Positions 24,942-35,647 of a stretch of DNA of 64,000 bases are shown here, piece after piece (the first letter of the stretch is position 1; each line of letters opens with the position of its first letter). Origin of the DNA: a virus; IMG/VR virus record IMGVR_UViG_3300045988_141012; one strand, written 5' to 3'. The position numbers and the translations under genes are program-made. Below the pieces are notes generated by a model. The model was not told the origin of the DNA. It saw only the letters and a program-made list of their open reading frames with translations, and did no database searches.

Positions 24942-27900
24942 CTTTTTATCACCTCATACTCCGTTAAGACATCTTCGGTTTCATCTGTTACACTCCATTT
25001 ACCATCAGTAAACTTCTTTTTAAATTCTGGCATAAATTCTTTTATTTTTAATACCGAATATAAGCCAAATGGATTTTCCTTAAATATTTTACTTTGTTTA
25101 ATCCTAGAATGAACTTCTTCACCGGTCTTTATTTTTCGAGCCGTAAAATATGGTTTAGTCGTATCTTTGTAGGTTTTATAATCTACAATAATATAATAGT
25201 CATTTCCAACTTGTTTATTTGTATAAACGACCATCTCAAGATGTTCCTTTTCAAACTTAACCATTTCAATAATACCCATTTCTATATTTTCTAAATTCTT
25301 GCACAATTCTGTAATCAATCCTATATTATCAATACCTTTGAATAAAGAAGGTGTTTCTTTTTCAGAATATTTTTTTGCAATAAATTCTGAAATTCCCAAA
25401 GATTCTAATTTTGATCTGTTAATTTGTTTACATGATGAGAATTTATTATAGATATTTATAACATTAAGAAGATATTTGTTTTTGCCAAACTCAGAGAAGA
25501 AATTAAGACCTGTTAATATTTCTAATTGTCTAGTATTTACAGATGTTTTACTTTTAATATCCGCAATCAATTCAATAAATGAATTATATTTATTGTTTCT
25601 TAATGAATATAATTCATCAGCTATAATACTGTTACAAAATTTGATAGAAGCGATTCCTTGATATATTTTATTATTCTCTTTATCAAATTCATATTCCGCT
25701 CTTGATTTTCTGAATTTAATTGGCTCAATTACATATCCTTTTGATATCGCATATTCTTTTATATTCAATGATTTTTCTTTGTCTGATACATAGATGTTTA
25801 AAGCAGATGTGATAGTTTCTAAAGTATAATAATGTCTAAGATAGGCACAAGCAAAGCCAAGAAATGTGTATGGATCAGCATGGTTTTTTGAGAACAAATA
25901 ATCCGATGCATCAATAATAACTTGCAAGAAATTTCCGATAAGTTTTTCAGCCTCGCCCTTTTCTACTCCATATTCTTCTTTCATTGTTTGCACAAAGCCT
26001 TTAATGTAATGTGTTTTGTTACTAGTTAAATATCCTCCATCTTTTATAATAGGGATATCAGTCTCTGTTCCTGTTTTCTTACTAAAATGTCTTCTAACGA
26101 CATCGGCTTCGCCCATTGTAAATCCACAAAACTTATGTAAAAATTCAATAATCTGTTCTTGATATACCAAATAACCTAATGTTGGAGCAAGGAAATCATT
26201 TAATGCAGGATGTCCATTATCTCTATAAATTCCTTGTGATAATTCTGTTCGATACGATTCGCCTGCCGGTCTAATAGCACCATTTGCCATGCTCATCAAG
26301 TCAATATATGAGAAATTTGGATTATTCTTTTTTATGTTTTTAATTGTAGATTCTCGAAGAATATCTCTAAGGTACGAACCTGCAAAATCTGACTCAAATT
26401 GAAAAATAAGAGTCGTGTCTTTCGAAATATCATCCCATACAGCCTTGTCATTAAAATCAAGATTGTCAGGTGTTAAAAATGGAATATTTGCTGCCTTGCA
26501 AGTCCTATCTATAAGTCCCACACAGTCCAAACCCAACACGTCTAATTTAACATAATTAAGCGAATCAATTTCTTTCATATTTATTTGTGAAATAGGTTTA
26601 TCGTCAGAAGAAATATATAATGTTCCAAATGCCTTGTCCACTTCATGTGGAGAAACCACAAGTCCCGCTGCATGTCTACCCAAAGAAGTGATAGTTCCAG
26701 TGACTATATCAACATATTCGAATAACTGCTTATGTTTTTCTCTAATCTTATCTTCAACAAATTCCTTTTTGTTTTCATCTTCTTGTACTAAATTACACAA
26801 TTCTTGCGTTTCTTGGAGTGTCATTCCTAAAGCTCTGCCAACGTCTTTAATTGCGCCACGCATTTTAATTGTATTAAATGTCACAATATTGCAACAATAT
26901 AAGCCATCTTTTTCAAAAAGATATTTTCTAACTTTCCATCGATCTTCGCTAAACCAATCAGAATCAACGTCAGCAAGACTTATACGTTCTTTATTCATAA
27001 AACGCTCAAAATTCAAGTTATATTTAATACTATCTACATCAGTAATTCCCAAAAGGTATGCTATAATACTTCCCGAAACTGAACCTCTTGAATATCCATA
27101 ATGAACACCTTGTTTTCTAAGTTCTCGCTTGTAATCTTCTTCTAATAGCATAAAGTCAATAGCATCATTATGTTTATACGTTTCAAGTTCATATATAATT
27201 TTATCTTTATATTGCTGAAAATTTTTATATTTATCAACCCCACGTTGCTTTATGCCTTCTAAAATTTTTTGCTTAAATACTGCCATTGAATCGTTGTATA
27301 ATTTAGGATATTTTTTAGAATAATCTAATGAAAATTCTTCAATACTATCAGCCATAACATTTGTATTTTCAATTGCTGTTAGATAGACATTTTTTGATAG
27401 TGCATCTTGTTTTTCATATGCAGACACTAATTCATCATAGGTTTTAAAAGTCAAATCCCAATTACTTTCCGAATCAAAATTAACACCTTTAGACTTCTGC
27501 ATAATTGCTCTACCTCGTAAATGATTATCATTTAAAGCATGTGTATCTGTGCCTGCAATTAGTGGAATGTCGTATTTTTGAGAAATCACATTTAAAAATT
27601 GATTATATTTTATTTGCATATCATCATTGTGATGCTGTATTTCAAGATAGCATCTATCCTTATTTTCAATAAGAAACTTCAAAAATGCCTCTTTAATTTT
27701 AGGTGTGCCACTAGCCAAGATGCCTCCGATACAAGCAGTACATATAATAATATTATTAGAAGTAGACACTAACTCATCAAATGAAATTCGTGGATTGTAA
27801 TAAAAATGTCCATCTCTTTGAAAGGCTTTTGATGATAGGTGATTTAATTCAATTACACCATCATAATTTTTAGCAATCAAAACCACATGATAATTATCTC

Positions 27901-28261
27901 TCTTTTGAGTTCTATTATCTTCAATATATTTTTTAATTTTGACTTGCATTTCTTTCTCATCAGTATCTGCCGTAGATTCATACATTTCATTTGGTATTTC
28001 TGGTTCAAAATACAATTTTTCAGTTACATAAAATTCTTCTGCATGAATATATTTCATTCCGTTTTCTTCTATTTTGTTTTTTTTATGTACCCATTCAAGT
28101 ATTGAACCGTGTTCAGCAAACCCCATTGCTTTCATACCACATTTTTTTGCTGCTTCGATATATTCATAATATTTAGTTACGCTATCAATATTTGTTACAC
28201 CATTTGACAAATCGCTATGTAAATGATATATTGTGTAATTCTTATTCGATATTGTTCTCAT
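24938..28261 (-). CDS. dnaE: DNA polymerase III alpha subunit (DnaE-type, with PHP domain)
   Basis: 1107 aa. N-terminal PHP (YHLHSDLSNG...FAEHGS), palm motifs GYSRGSVSGSIIAYLLGITDVD and ISLADVDSDW, and a finger/beta-binding region. Confidence 0.9.
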   Translation of the reverse strand: MRTISNKNYTIYHLHSDLSNGVTNIDSVTKYYEYIEAAKKCGMKAMGFAEHGSILEWVHKKNKIEENGMKYIHAEEFYVTEKLYFEPEIPNEMYESTADTDEKEMQVKIKKYIEDNRTQKRDNYHVVLIAKNYDGVIELNHLSSKAFQRDGHFYYNPRISFDELVSTSNNIIICTACIGGILASGTPKIKEAFLKFLIENKDRCYLEIQHHNDDMQIKYNQFLNVISQKYDIPLIAGTDTHALNDNHLRGRAIMQKSKGVNFDSESNWDLTFKTYDELVSAYEKQDALSKNVYLTAIENTNVMADSIEEFSLDYSKKYPKLYNDSMAVFKQKILEGIKQRGVDKYKNFQQYKDKIIYELETYKHNDAIDFMLLEEDYKRELRKQGVHYGYSRGSVSGSIIAYLLGITDVDSIKYNLNFERFMNKERISLADVDSDWFSEDRWKVRKYLFEKDGLYCCNIVTFNTIKMRGAIKDVGRALGMTLQETQELCNLVQEDENKKEFVEDKIREKHKQLFEYVDIVTGTITSLGRHAAGLVVSPHEVDKAFGTLYISSDDKPISQINMKEIDSLNYVKLDVLGLDCVGLIDRTCKAANIPFLTPDNLDFNDKAVWDDISKDTTLIFQFESDFAGSYLRDILRESTIKNIKKNNPNFSYIDLMSMANGAIRPAGESYRTELSQGIYRDNGHPALNDFLAPTLGYLVYQEQIIEFLHKFCGFTMGEADVVRRHFSKKTGTETDIPIIKDGGYLTSNKTHYIKGFVQTMKEEYGVEKGEAEKLIGNFLQVIIDASDYLFSKNHADPYTFLGFACAYLRHYYTLETITSALNIYVSDKEKSLNIKEYAISKGYVIEPIKFRKSRAEYEFDKENNKIYQGIASIKFCNSIIADELYSLRNNKYNSFIELIADIKSKTSVNTRQLEILTGLNFFSEFGKNKYLLNVINIYNKFSSCKQINRSKLESLGISEFIAKKYSEKETPSLFKGIDNIGLITELCKNLENIEMGIIEMVKFEKEHLEMVVYTNKQVGNDYYIIVDYKTYKDTTKPYFTARKIKTGEEVHSRIKQSKIFKENPFGLYSVLKIKEFMPEFKKKFTDGKWSVTDETEDVLTEYEVIKS

Positions 28262-28267
28262 CTCCTT

Positions 28268-29461
28268 CTACAGTTGCTCCAACCAAGACAAATCTTCTTT
28301 TTCAACTGTATTATTCTCTGTTGACAACTTTTCTTTTTTTACATCTGTTCCTAAACCATCGAAAAAACTTCCCCCATTTTTCTTAGATTCTAGTTTATCT
28401 AAATATAATTTATATGGCTTATGGAGTTTTGGCGAATATGCACATAATGTTGAAAAATAATAACTTTGCTTTGCTACCTGCTCAGGAGAGTCGTAAAAAA
28501 TCATTTCATCATGACTTTCATAATATTTATTCTCCATATTTTCAATCTTATCAATTGTATTTATTATATCTGCCGTCCACCTATCAATTAAGTCTTGTGT
28601 TAAATCAACATAAACTATACAATCATGAAATACAAAATTTGCTTGTACATCTTGAGGCAAACAGTTAATATCATTTGTCTGTGCCAACATATCAAGATAT
28701 TCTATAAGTTTATCTTCATAACCACATTTTTTTAACCACATTTTTGCACTTGATTGTAATTTTGAACCAATCTCACATCTTTCGATTTCTCTTGTTGTCC
28801 ATTTGCCATTAGCCTGTTTACAATCTACTTTTACATATTTTAAAAAGTCCCAACAGATTTTTATTTTCTCAAACGGCACACCCATTTGATGTAATCCAAT
28901 AGCATATACAACCAATTGCCCACATTCATTAAGTGCCTTTTCGCCTTTATAAATACTACTAGTTTTCCAATCTAAAATATTGTAATTGCCGTCTTTATCT
29001 TTATAACATGCATCTATATATCCTTGAAAGACATTTTTGCCAACTAATGCAGTAATAAATTGCTCAATTTGCATTTTGTGAGGAATCATAATATGATGAT
29101 TAAAGAAGTGTTTAAGATTTTTATAATACTTATCAGATATTTTCTTATTTTTTCCAGAGTCATTTCTATCGAACTTTAATTCTGCAATATTAGCAGTAAT
29201 CCATGCATCTTCAAAATCTGAATCCATATTTTCATATTCAATTTTACCCGTGTATAAACTCTCCATAATGTCATGAGCCATACCACCGGTTGTTGTATAA
29301 ATACAATCTTGTCTATCTTCTGGTTTCTTGATTATATATTTTAAATAATACTCATATGGACTATTATGATAAGTATTAAATTTACTCCAACTCCACAAAC
29401 GATTTACATTATATTTCTTTGTTATTTCTTTTAATTCTTCTTTCGTCTTTCTTCCCATCAA
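28268..29461 (-). CDS. PD-(D/E)XK family nuclease (RecB/Cas4-like)
   Basis: GYIDACY...YNILDWKTS (D...D/E-x-K) followed by QLVVYA (QxxxY). Replication-module context. Confidence 0.7.
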   Translation of the reverse strand: MMGRKTKEELKEITKKYNVNRLWSWSKFNTYHNSPYEYYLKYIIKKPEDRQDCIYTTTGGMAHDIMESLYTGKIEYENMDSDFEDAWITANIAELKFDRNDSGKNKKISDKYYKNLKHFFNHHIMIPHKMQIEQFITALVGKNVFQGYIDACYKDKDGNYNILDWKTSSIYKGEKALNECGQLVVYAIGLHQMGVPFEKIKICWDFLKYVKVDCKQANGKWTTREIERCEIGSKLQSSAKMWLKKCGYEDKLIEYLDMLAQTNDINCLPQDVQANFVFHDCIVYVDLTQDLIDRWTADIINTIDKIENMENKYYESHDEMIFYDSPEQVAKQSYYFSTLCAYSPKLHKPYKLYLDKLESKKNGGSFFDGLGTDVKKEKLSTENNTVEKEDLSWLEQL

Positions 29462-30549
29462 GCACCAACCTTTTTTAAATTTTTTATATGTTTTTTATGT
29501 TCATATTCGTCATAAAGAATTCTATATTCAAATAAATACTCATATATTTTATTGATAGCATCCGCAGGACTATCCTTCTTGTCTAACAAATCATATTTGT
29601 CCCATATATAAGATACTTTTCTTATCCCATAAAACTTTTCACAACAATATCGAATATGTTCAATACTTATATCCTTATCGAATGCTATTATAATTTCGCA
29701 ATTCAATCCAATAAGTATTTTGGCTTGTTCATCTGATATCTCATGACCACTAACTGCAACACCGGTCGGATCATTTAAGCTATCTCTTTTTAAAACTGAT
29801 TTTTCCGCTTCGAAAACGACCACATGCCCTTTTTCTTGGATACTATCTTTGTTCTCCCATAAGCCAAAAAGGTTCATTTGTTTTGGATATCCTGGTGTTA
29901 TATAATATTTTTTTATATCAAATAATTCGTAATTCTCAATTGATGTCCTCATATTAAATCCAAGCAACTCACCAGTTAACCAATATCTTAATGGAATTAC
30001 ATTTCGTTTATATCTATAACTATATGCAAGCCCGAATTTTTTGATAGTCCATGGCATTATTCCTTCTCTAAATAAATCAATATGAATATACGGAACAAAA
30101 TCATGCAATTTGCTTTCGTTTAATATATTGAAATCAAGCACATTTTGTCTTTTTTTTCGTAGTTTAACCTTTTTAAATATATATAGGGGATCATTTTTTT
30201 TCTCTTCTTTATTTTCTTTTTTTAAAGTTAATGGAAGTCCTAATATTTTATGCAAATATTTAATCGTATCAAAAAAAGAAAATTTTTTATCTTTTAGGCT
30301 TTTATTATACTGTACAAGAGTGAGCAAATCCGAATTATCGTCAAAATACTTTTCTCTTGTATAATTTTTGCAGCCTAAATATTCATTATTTTTTATATTG
30401 ATAGCCGTTTTATTATCGCCATCACAATTTGAACAACTATAATATTCTTTGGCTGGGTGGTATAATATATGACCGCACCCAATCTCATTTAAAATAAATT
30501 CAATTTTACCTTTTTGGAAAATATATTTTTTTAACTCCAAAACGGTCAT
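29458..30549 (-). CDS. DNA primase (zinc finger + Toprim)
   Basis: N-terminal Cys/His cluster CGHILYHP...CSNCDG. Toprim residues VVVFEAEKSV and IIIAFDKD. Confidence 0.7.
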   Translation of the reverse strand: MTVLELKKYIFQKGKIEFILNEIGCGHILYHPAKEYYSCSNCDGDNKTAINIKNNEYLGCKNYTREKYFDDNSDLLTLVQYNKSLKDKKFSFFDTIKYLHKILGLPLTLKKENKEEKKNDPLYIFKKVKLRKKRQNVLDFNILNESKLHDFVPYIHIDLFREGIMPWTIKKFGLAYSYRYKRNVIPLRYWLTGELLGFNMRTSIENYELFDIKKYYITPGYPKQMNLFGLWENKDSIQEKGHVVVFEAEKSVLKRDSLNDPTGVAVSGHEISDEQAKILIGLNCEIIIAFDKDISIEHIRYCCEKFYGIRKVSYIWDKYDLLDKKDSPADAINKIYEYLFEYRILYDEYEHKKHIKNLKKVGA

Positions 30550-30564
30550 ATAATACTCACCACC

Positions 30565-32097
30565 TTAAAAATCAACAGGCACATTTGTGATACCAATTTC
30601 ATGCATAATATTTCTTGACATATCATGCGAAAATACTACTTGATATCTATTAGCAGAGCCTTCTCTATTTTTAATAATAAAAGCAATTTGATAATGTTTG
30701 TCCTTGTCTAACTTAACTGGAATTTTCGTTTTGCCGTTTTTCCCTTCAAGCCTATATACTTTTAATTCTCTTTTTTCGCCAGTATATTCATCATCATATA
30801 AATCACGAATCATAATACAAGTCGAAGCGGGATCGATAATATTCTTTGACATTCCAATATTATCTTGAGTATAGTATCTTTGTTTTACACTTCCTTTTGC
30901 TAATTGGAATGTAATAAGAATATGTAAATTCTTCGATTCGGGTTTAATTACATCATTAATTTCAACCATGTTCTGTTGCATTTCAAGCCAAGATTTGTCG
31001 CTTACATCACCAGCATCCATTTTAAATGTATCAAGAATAAAGTATTTTACACCCATACTCGAATATTTTTTTATAATTTTAATTGCATTCTTTGTCTTAT
31101 ATTGTTTAAAAGGAACAATTGTAAGTATATGATTTTGTGTTTGTTCTTTAATCCAATCAGCGGCTTTATAGAGCAATTCCTTTGTGTCGTCTTGATAATG
31201 TCCATCTCTGACGATATGCTTTTGTAAATCCTCTTTAATTATGTTATTTGCAACAAATATAAGAAGTTCTCTTTGCCACTTTTTTAAGTTATCTTCGTTA
31301 ATCATTGCAACAACACGTTCTTTTTCTTTTATTGCAGTTGGGACTGTAGCGTTTCTAGCAAATGTAGACTTTCCTACATTGCTTAATCCCCCAACTAATG
31401 TAATAGAACCTAAGTACTGCCCACCTGTTTCTTTTGTAATCATATCCATATTATGATATGGAAGCCCGATCGCCAGCCCCTCATCAAGTTCTTCGATTAA
31501 ATCATAAATACCATCGCATATATCATAACTTTTTACATCGCAATCTATATTTACAAATATATCATTAATAAAAGCCTCCCATTCATTATAGATTTCCTCA
31601 GCCGCCATATCACAATAATCACTTAATCTATCTCTCACAGGGCAGCCACGTTTTGCTAATTTTATAACACTATTCCACTTGCGTAATTCCTGAATATATC
31701 CATATAGATTTTCTGTATTTACATAAGCACTTGCACTTACAATGGTGTCATATCCACCATATTCTTCATATTTGCTTCTTAATTTGGGATGTTTTTCGAG
31801 ATACAAACCAACTGTAATATCATCAAGTGCATTTTTCTTTTCAATTTTTACTATATCATTTGCAATAGTCCAATACACACGCCAAATATTATTATGAAAT
31901 TCTTCCAATGTTAAATTGGTTTCAAATATTGAATCTGGCTTTTTATATAAAATACTTACCACATTAGCTTCGCAAGCTTCTTTATATTCATTTATCTTCT
32001 TTACTGTCTCAATTAGCTCCTGTTCAAATGGAGTTATCTTGTTGCCTTTTGTAACATTTTTCGTTGCTATTGTCCTCGCCGCCTTACCATAACTCAT
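30565..32097 (-). CDS. dnaB: replicative DNA helicase (DnaB family)
   Basis: 510 aa. Walker A GGLSNVGKSTF, Walker B YFILDTFK and a DnaB-like N-terminal domain. Confidence 0.75.
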   Translation of the reverse strand: MSYGKAARTIATKNVTKGNKITPFEQELIETVKKINEYKEACEANVVSILYKKPDSIFETNLTLEEFHNNIWRVYWTIANDIVKIEKKNALDDITVGLYLEKHPKLRSKYEEYGGYDTIVSASAYVNTENLYGYIQELRKWNSVIKLAKRGCPVRDRLSDYCDMAAEEIYNEWEAFINDIFVNIDCDVKSYDICDGIYDLIEELDEGLAIGLPYHNMDMITKETGGQYLGSITLVGGLSNVGKSTFARNATVPTAIKEKERVVAMINEDNLKKWQRELLIFVANNIIKEDLQKHIVRDGHYQDDTKELLYKAADWIKEQTQNHILTIVPFKQYKTKNAIKIIKKYSSMGVKYFILDTFKMDAGDVSDKSWLEMQQNMVEINDVIKPESKNLHILITFQLAKGSVKQRYYTQDNIGMSKNIIDPASTCIMIRDLYDDEYTGEKRELKVYRLEGKNGKTKIPVKLDKDKHYQIAFIIKNREGSANRYQVVFSHDMSRNIMHEIGITNVPVDF

Positions 32098-32554
32098 TTA
32101 ATCGTTCATTCTTTAGGTCTTCTGTTTTTTTCTGATATGTACCACCGTTATGAGAAAGAATATCCGTGTCCATATTCTGAATGCTTTCTTGCGTCTTTTC
32201 TGCGTTCTTTAATCTCATATATATATTGGGAATATCATTTTCAATAATTTTACATATATATCTCATTTGAGAAATCTCATTAGTAAAATTTTTCCCTTGT
32301 ATGCTATTTAATATTTTATTTTTGTTTATTTGAAATGCAATGAGAACAGATTTAATTGGATACTTACTTTCTCCGTTATATTCTCTATGTCCAAAATCTT
32401 TGCCATTTACAAGACCTCTTAGTTGCAAACAGGATGCTTGTTTTAATTTTTGATTTTCATCATATTTGAAAATTTCTCTTTCTATATATTTACATAAATC
32501 AAAAAATTCTTGATTTTTATTTTCCTTTTTTCTTATTTCTCTCATAAAAATCAA
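32084..32554 (-). CDS. hypothetical protein (replication-module; possible helicase-loader/organiser position)
   Basis: Track ORF of 156 aa overlapping the dnaB start by 14 nt. Function inferred from position only. Confidence 0.45.
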   Translation of the reverse strand: MIFMREIRKKENKNQEFFDLCKYIEREIFKYDENQKLKQASCLQLRGLVNGKDFGHREYNGESKYPIKSVLIAFQINKNKILNSIQGKNFTNEISQMRYICKIIENDIPNIYMRLKNAEKTQESIQNMDTDILSHNGGTYQKKTEDLKNERLNELW

Positions 32555-32608
32555 CCTCCTATTTCATGGGGACAACATATATCGTGCATATTGTCCCCAT
32601 ATAGAATT

Positions 32609-33748
32609 TTACGAAATAAGTTCTAATACTATTTCAGCATCTTCAACCTTACTAATTGTTGTCGGATTTTCATATCCAAGTTCTTTTGTCTTGGCAATAA
32701 TAGGCTTAATCTTGTCCATATCGGACTTATTATTTTTAATATAATCTGTAATTTGTGTAACTACATCTTCAAGTTTTTTGGTTTCTTTTTTTACCTGCTC
32801 TGCTTTTGCTACTTCTTTCAACTTTTTTGCTGTTTCTAATTCTTGCTCAGCCTTTGATTGTTCAAAAGTTTTGCCTGACTTAGATTGTTCTGCTTTAATT
32901 GCATCGGTAATCGCTTTTATAAGTGCGTCTGGAGTAAATTCAATTTCAGGAACAATATCTGCGAAACGACTTTTGCTATCAATACAATAAGAATCATCTC
33001 TAAAAGTAATCTTTCTGCTTTCTTTAGCAACTACGCCTTTCATCTTTTCATTACCTTTATTGTCTTTTTTGCCTGTTTTTTGCTGAACAATTTCTCTATC
33101 AATGGAAGCCACTCCCAAAAAATGAAGCTTTGTTTTTATTGCATTAAAATCTCTTATTGACATGTTTGTTGTCAACGAACGATACTTTTGGTCAGTAAAC
33201 ATATCTTCTTGGTCACGTCGTTTAACATGTCCAATAATGATAAATGAAACACCAACTCTTTTTAAATTCCATAACTTTTCTAAAACCATATCTACAGCTT
33301 TGTCTTCACCAGCCATATAGCCACCAAAAGCAGCCTTAATTGATTTGACTGGTTTGTCGGGATTTTCACGGTTATGCATTTCAATAACCTCTGCTTTTGC
33401 GATATCAATCAATTGGTCATATGTATCAATGACAACCGTTCTCAACAATGGATATTCTGTAGTTTTATTATCAATGATATCATCAACCACATCTTCGAAA
33501 CCAATAGAATTTTCTATCTCATCATAGTCGGCAGACCATTCACGGCAATTAATATAATTAATACCTTGAATTGCGTCTGCACCATCTTCCTTGCCGCATT
33601 CCAAAAACAAATAACCATCATTTGAACCCGTAAGCTTTTCACACATTTCCTTAATAATTGTCGTTTTACCAATTCCACTTTCTCCTATCAAGCCAATATT
33701 ATAAGCCAATGGATCAATTTTAACTACATTTTTTATTCCGTATGCCAT
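32609..33748 (-). CDS. Sak4-like / RecA-fold AAA ATPase
   Basis: Walker A GLIGESGIGKTT and Walker B VVIDTYDQL. Start moved to ATG 33748 (GGAG 8 nt upstream). Lys/Glu-rich C-terminal tail. Confidence 0.7.
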   Translation of the reverse strand: MAYGIKNVVKIDPLAYNIGLIGESGIGKTTIIKEMCEKLTGSNDGYLFLECGKEDGADAIQGINYINCREWSADYDEIENSIGFEDVVDDIIDNKTTEYPLLRTVVIDTYDQLIDIAKAEVIEMHNRENPDKPVKSIKAAFGGYMAGEDKAVDMVLEKLWNLKRVGVSFIIIGHVKRRDQEDMFTDQKYRSLTTNMSIRDFNAIKTKLHFLGVASIDREIVQQKTGKKDNKGNEKMKGVVAKESRKITFRDDSYCIDSKSRFADIVPEIEFTPDALIKAITDAIKAEQSKSGKTFEQSKAEQELETAKKLKEVAKAEQVKKETKKLEDVVTQITDYIKNNKSDMDKIKPIIAKTKELGYENPTTISKVEDAEIVLELIS

Positions 33749-33831
33749 ATAAAAATCTCCTTTGTTTAATTTGTTTTGAGGTCGCATTTTACGACCTCAT
33801 TTATATTTTTTATTCGTACTTATATTTATAT

Positions 33832-35013
33832 TTACAGTCTATTTAACCAATCGTTGTCATCGTTAGATGTACTTTTATTTTCATCTGAATCTGTATCATC
33901 ATCTATCTCATTTTCATAATCCTCATCTTCTGTGCTATACATAAAATCAGGGATTAGGTCTTCTTCTTCGTATTTTCGTTCAAACTTCTGAATAACAGGA
34001 GTTTTATTACCCTCTTTATCTTCGACTAGTTTAATAACTGGCTTTCGAATAACCATTCTTTTTTCTCGACCAGAGTTTGCAGTGCACTTTGCAAGTGCCT
34101 CTTCAAGCGTAAATACATTAATTGCAATAAGTGCTTTAATATCATCGGGAAGGTCGTCTTCTGTTGCTGTGACCAAAGCACCACCCTCAATAAGATCTCC
34201 TTCAAAAGTCACTTCTGTAACATCTTTTCTAACTTTAAATATCTTATCTATGACTTTTTGTGCAATGTCAGGTGTTGATAAATCAAGTTCGAATTCAAAT
34301 GTCTTATTATACGGAATATTAGCTCTTACTTCCTTACCTTTGTATTCCTTAATATAGTCCAACACCTTTGCATAGATTGGAAGAATGCCAGTTGTCTTAT
34401 CTACCTTGCCGAGACTATCTTTTGTTAATAGCATTGTCTGTGTGAATTTAGCACAATACTTACTTGAGTCATTAACTTTAGAAAGAACAACGCTATTTAT
34501 CTCCTTTTTAACTTGCAATTCATCATTATACATAGAATATTTCAAGTTGCCCTTTACATTAACAACCATTCCATCTTCAAGATTTTCATTAATATACGCA
34601 ATCATGTCATATGGTGCTAGAAATTTCTTATAGTAAACCTTGCCACCCTTATCTCTCTCAATGCCTACAGTTAAGTAACAAAGATCACCCACAGATTCTA
34701 GAATTGTTTCATCAAATCTGTCTTCCCAATCAATAGTAAATTTATTACTAAAATCATCTTTGCCGTTTTCGTCCTTGCCATGAACATAAATAACATTATC
34801 TCTTTCTGCACCGTAACCACCCATAAGTTCTGCATATACAGTTCCACAAGTTTCACCACAGTACACACCAAGATTCAAACTGTTATAAATCCAATCGGAT
34901 TGTCCAGCTTTTGCGTCTAACTTATATGTATAATCATTAATTTTTGCTTCTCCAATAAGCATAAACGAGTTAGACCAATTTTTTTTCTCTAGTATTTTCT
35001 TTGTTTTCGCCAT
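33832..35013 (-). CDS. putative single-stranded DNA-binding protein (acidic C-terminal tail)
   Basis: Start moved to ATG 35013 (AGGAGG upstream). Strongly acidic C-terminus ...DEDYENEIDDDTDSDENKSTSNDDNDW, as in SSB tails. First gene of the replication block. Fold not verifiable by eye. Confidence 0.35.
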   Translation of the reverse strand: MAKTKKILEKKNWSNSFMLIGEAKINDYTYKLDAKAGQSDWIYNSLNLGVYCGETCGTVYAELMGGYGAERDNVIYVHGKDENGKDDFSNKFTIDWEDRFDETILESVGDLCYLTVGIERDKGGKVYYKKFLAPYDMIAYINENLEDGMVVNVKGNLKYSMYNDELQVKKEINSVVLSKVNDSSKYCAKFTQTMLLTKDSLGKVDKTTGILPIYAKVLDYIKEYKGKEVRANIPYNKTFEFELDLSTPDIAQKVIDKIFKVRKDVTEVTFEGDLIEGGALVTATEDDLPDDIKALIAINVFTLEEALAKCTANSGREKRMVIRKPVIKLVEDKEGNKTPVIQKFERKYEEEDLIPDFMYSTEDEDYENEIDDDTDSDENKSTSNDDNDWLNRL

Positions 35014-35184
35014 TAAAATAAAATCCTCCTTGAAATAAAAATTAACGTAATAAAATCTATCTGAACGTCCAAATGGACGGAACATAGAATTAAATTTATG
35101 TGAACTATATGAACAGTGGTTTATGGACACAAATAGTCCAAGGGTATGCTAATTCCCACCCAAACAAAATGATAAAAATAACAC

Positions 35185-35213
35185 TTGATATTTCTGCAAA
35201 ATTATGTTAGAAT
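35185..35213 (+). promoter_or_regulatory. sigma-A type promoter (TTGATA-17-TGtTAGAAT)
   Basis: TTGATA at 35185-35190 and TAGAAT at 35208-35213 with an extended -10 TGt, on the strand opposite to all flanking genes. Confidence 0.45.
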
Positions 35214-35219
35214 ATAAAA

Positions 35220-35308
35220 GTACAGACTAATGGCATATCCCATTACGAAGTATCCTTTTATATAGGCAATCAACTCCTCGACCAAAATTTGTTGATTGTC
35301 TATTTTTT
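35220..35308 (+). ncRNA. candidate small RNA (about 90 nt, promoter-to-terminator unit)
   Basis: Lies between the promoter above and the hairpin CAATCAAC-N16-GTTGATTG + TCTATTTTTT (35267-35308). Internal hairpin AAUGG-CAUAUC-CCAUU (35229-35244). The terminator loop exposes CUCCUCG. Only an 11-codon ORF without RBS is present. Confidence 0.35.
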
Positions 35309-35397
35309 ATATACCATATATAGTAGTTGACATCATCTTGAAGCTGCTATATATGGTTTTTCTTGCTGTTGAAATTTAATTTTCATTAGGTTACTAA

Positions 35398-35568
35398 TTA
35401 TTCGCATACTTTTGTAAAAAACAAATACATAACATCTATGTCACATTCATTCTTTGCAATAAGCGTTGAAACCAAATTAAACCCATAATCTGAATATTGA
35501 TTTAACACTTCTTCTAATTCGCCAGTACAATAATTACTAACTTTACAACAAGTATTGTATACTTTCAA
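35398..35568 (-). CDS. hypothetical small protein
   Basis: 56-aa ORF with TTG start after AGAGGTGATAGA. Below the track cutoff. Confidence 0.3.
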   Translation of the reverse strand: MKVYNTCCKVSNYCTGELEEVLNQYSDYGFNLVSTLIAKNECDIDVMYLFFTKVCE

Positions 35569-35647
35569 TCTATCACCTCTATAATCTTATCCCTACTTAT
35601 AGTTTTCCAATTAGACCTTACGAACATTTTCATCATGACGCCCTATC

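Noticed and set aside
26634-27101. 155-aa + strand ORF. Similar + strand track ORFs include 13500..13853, 30110..30364, 33374..33625, 54777..55127 and 58320..58685.
   Set aside because: All lie antisense inside long, motif-supported minus-strand genes (dnaE, ligA, primase, ATPase, yopX-like, ParB-like). They have low-complexity Ser/Leu/Phe-rich translations and lack an RBS, so they are shadow ORFs of an AT-rich genome.
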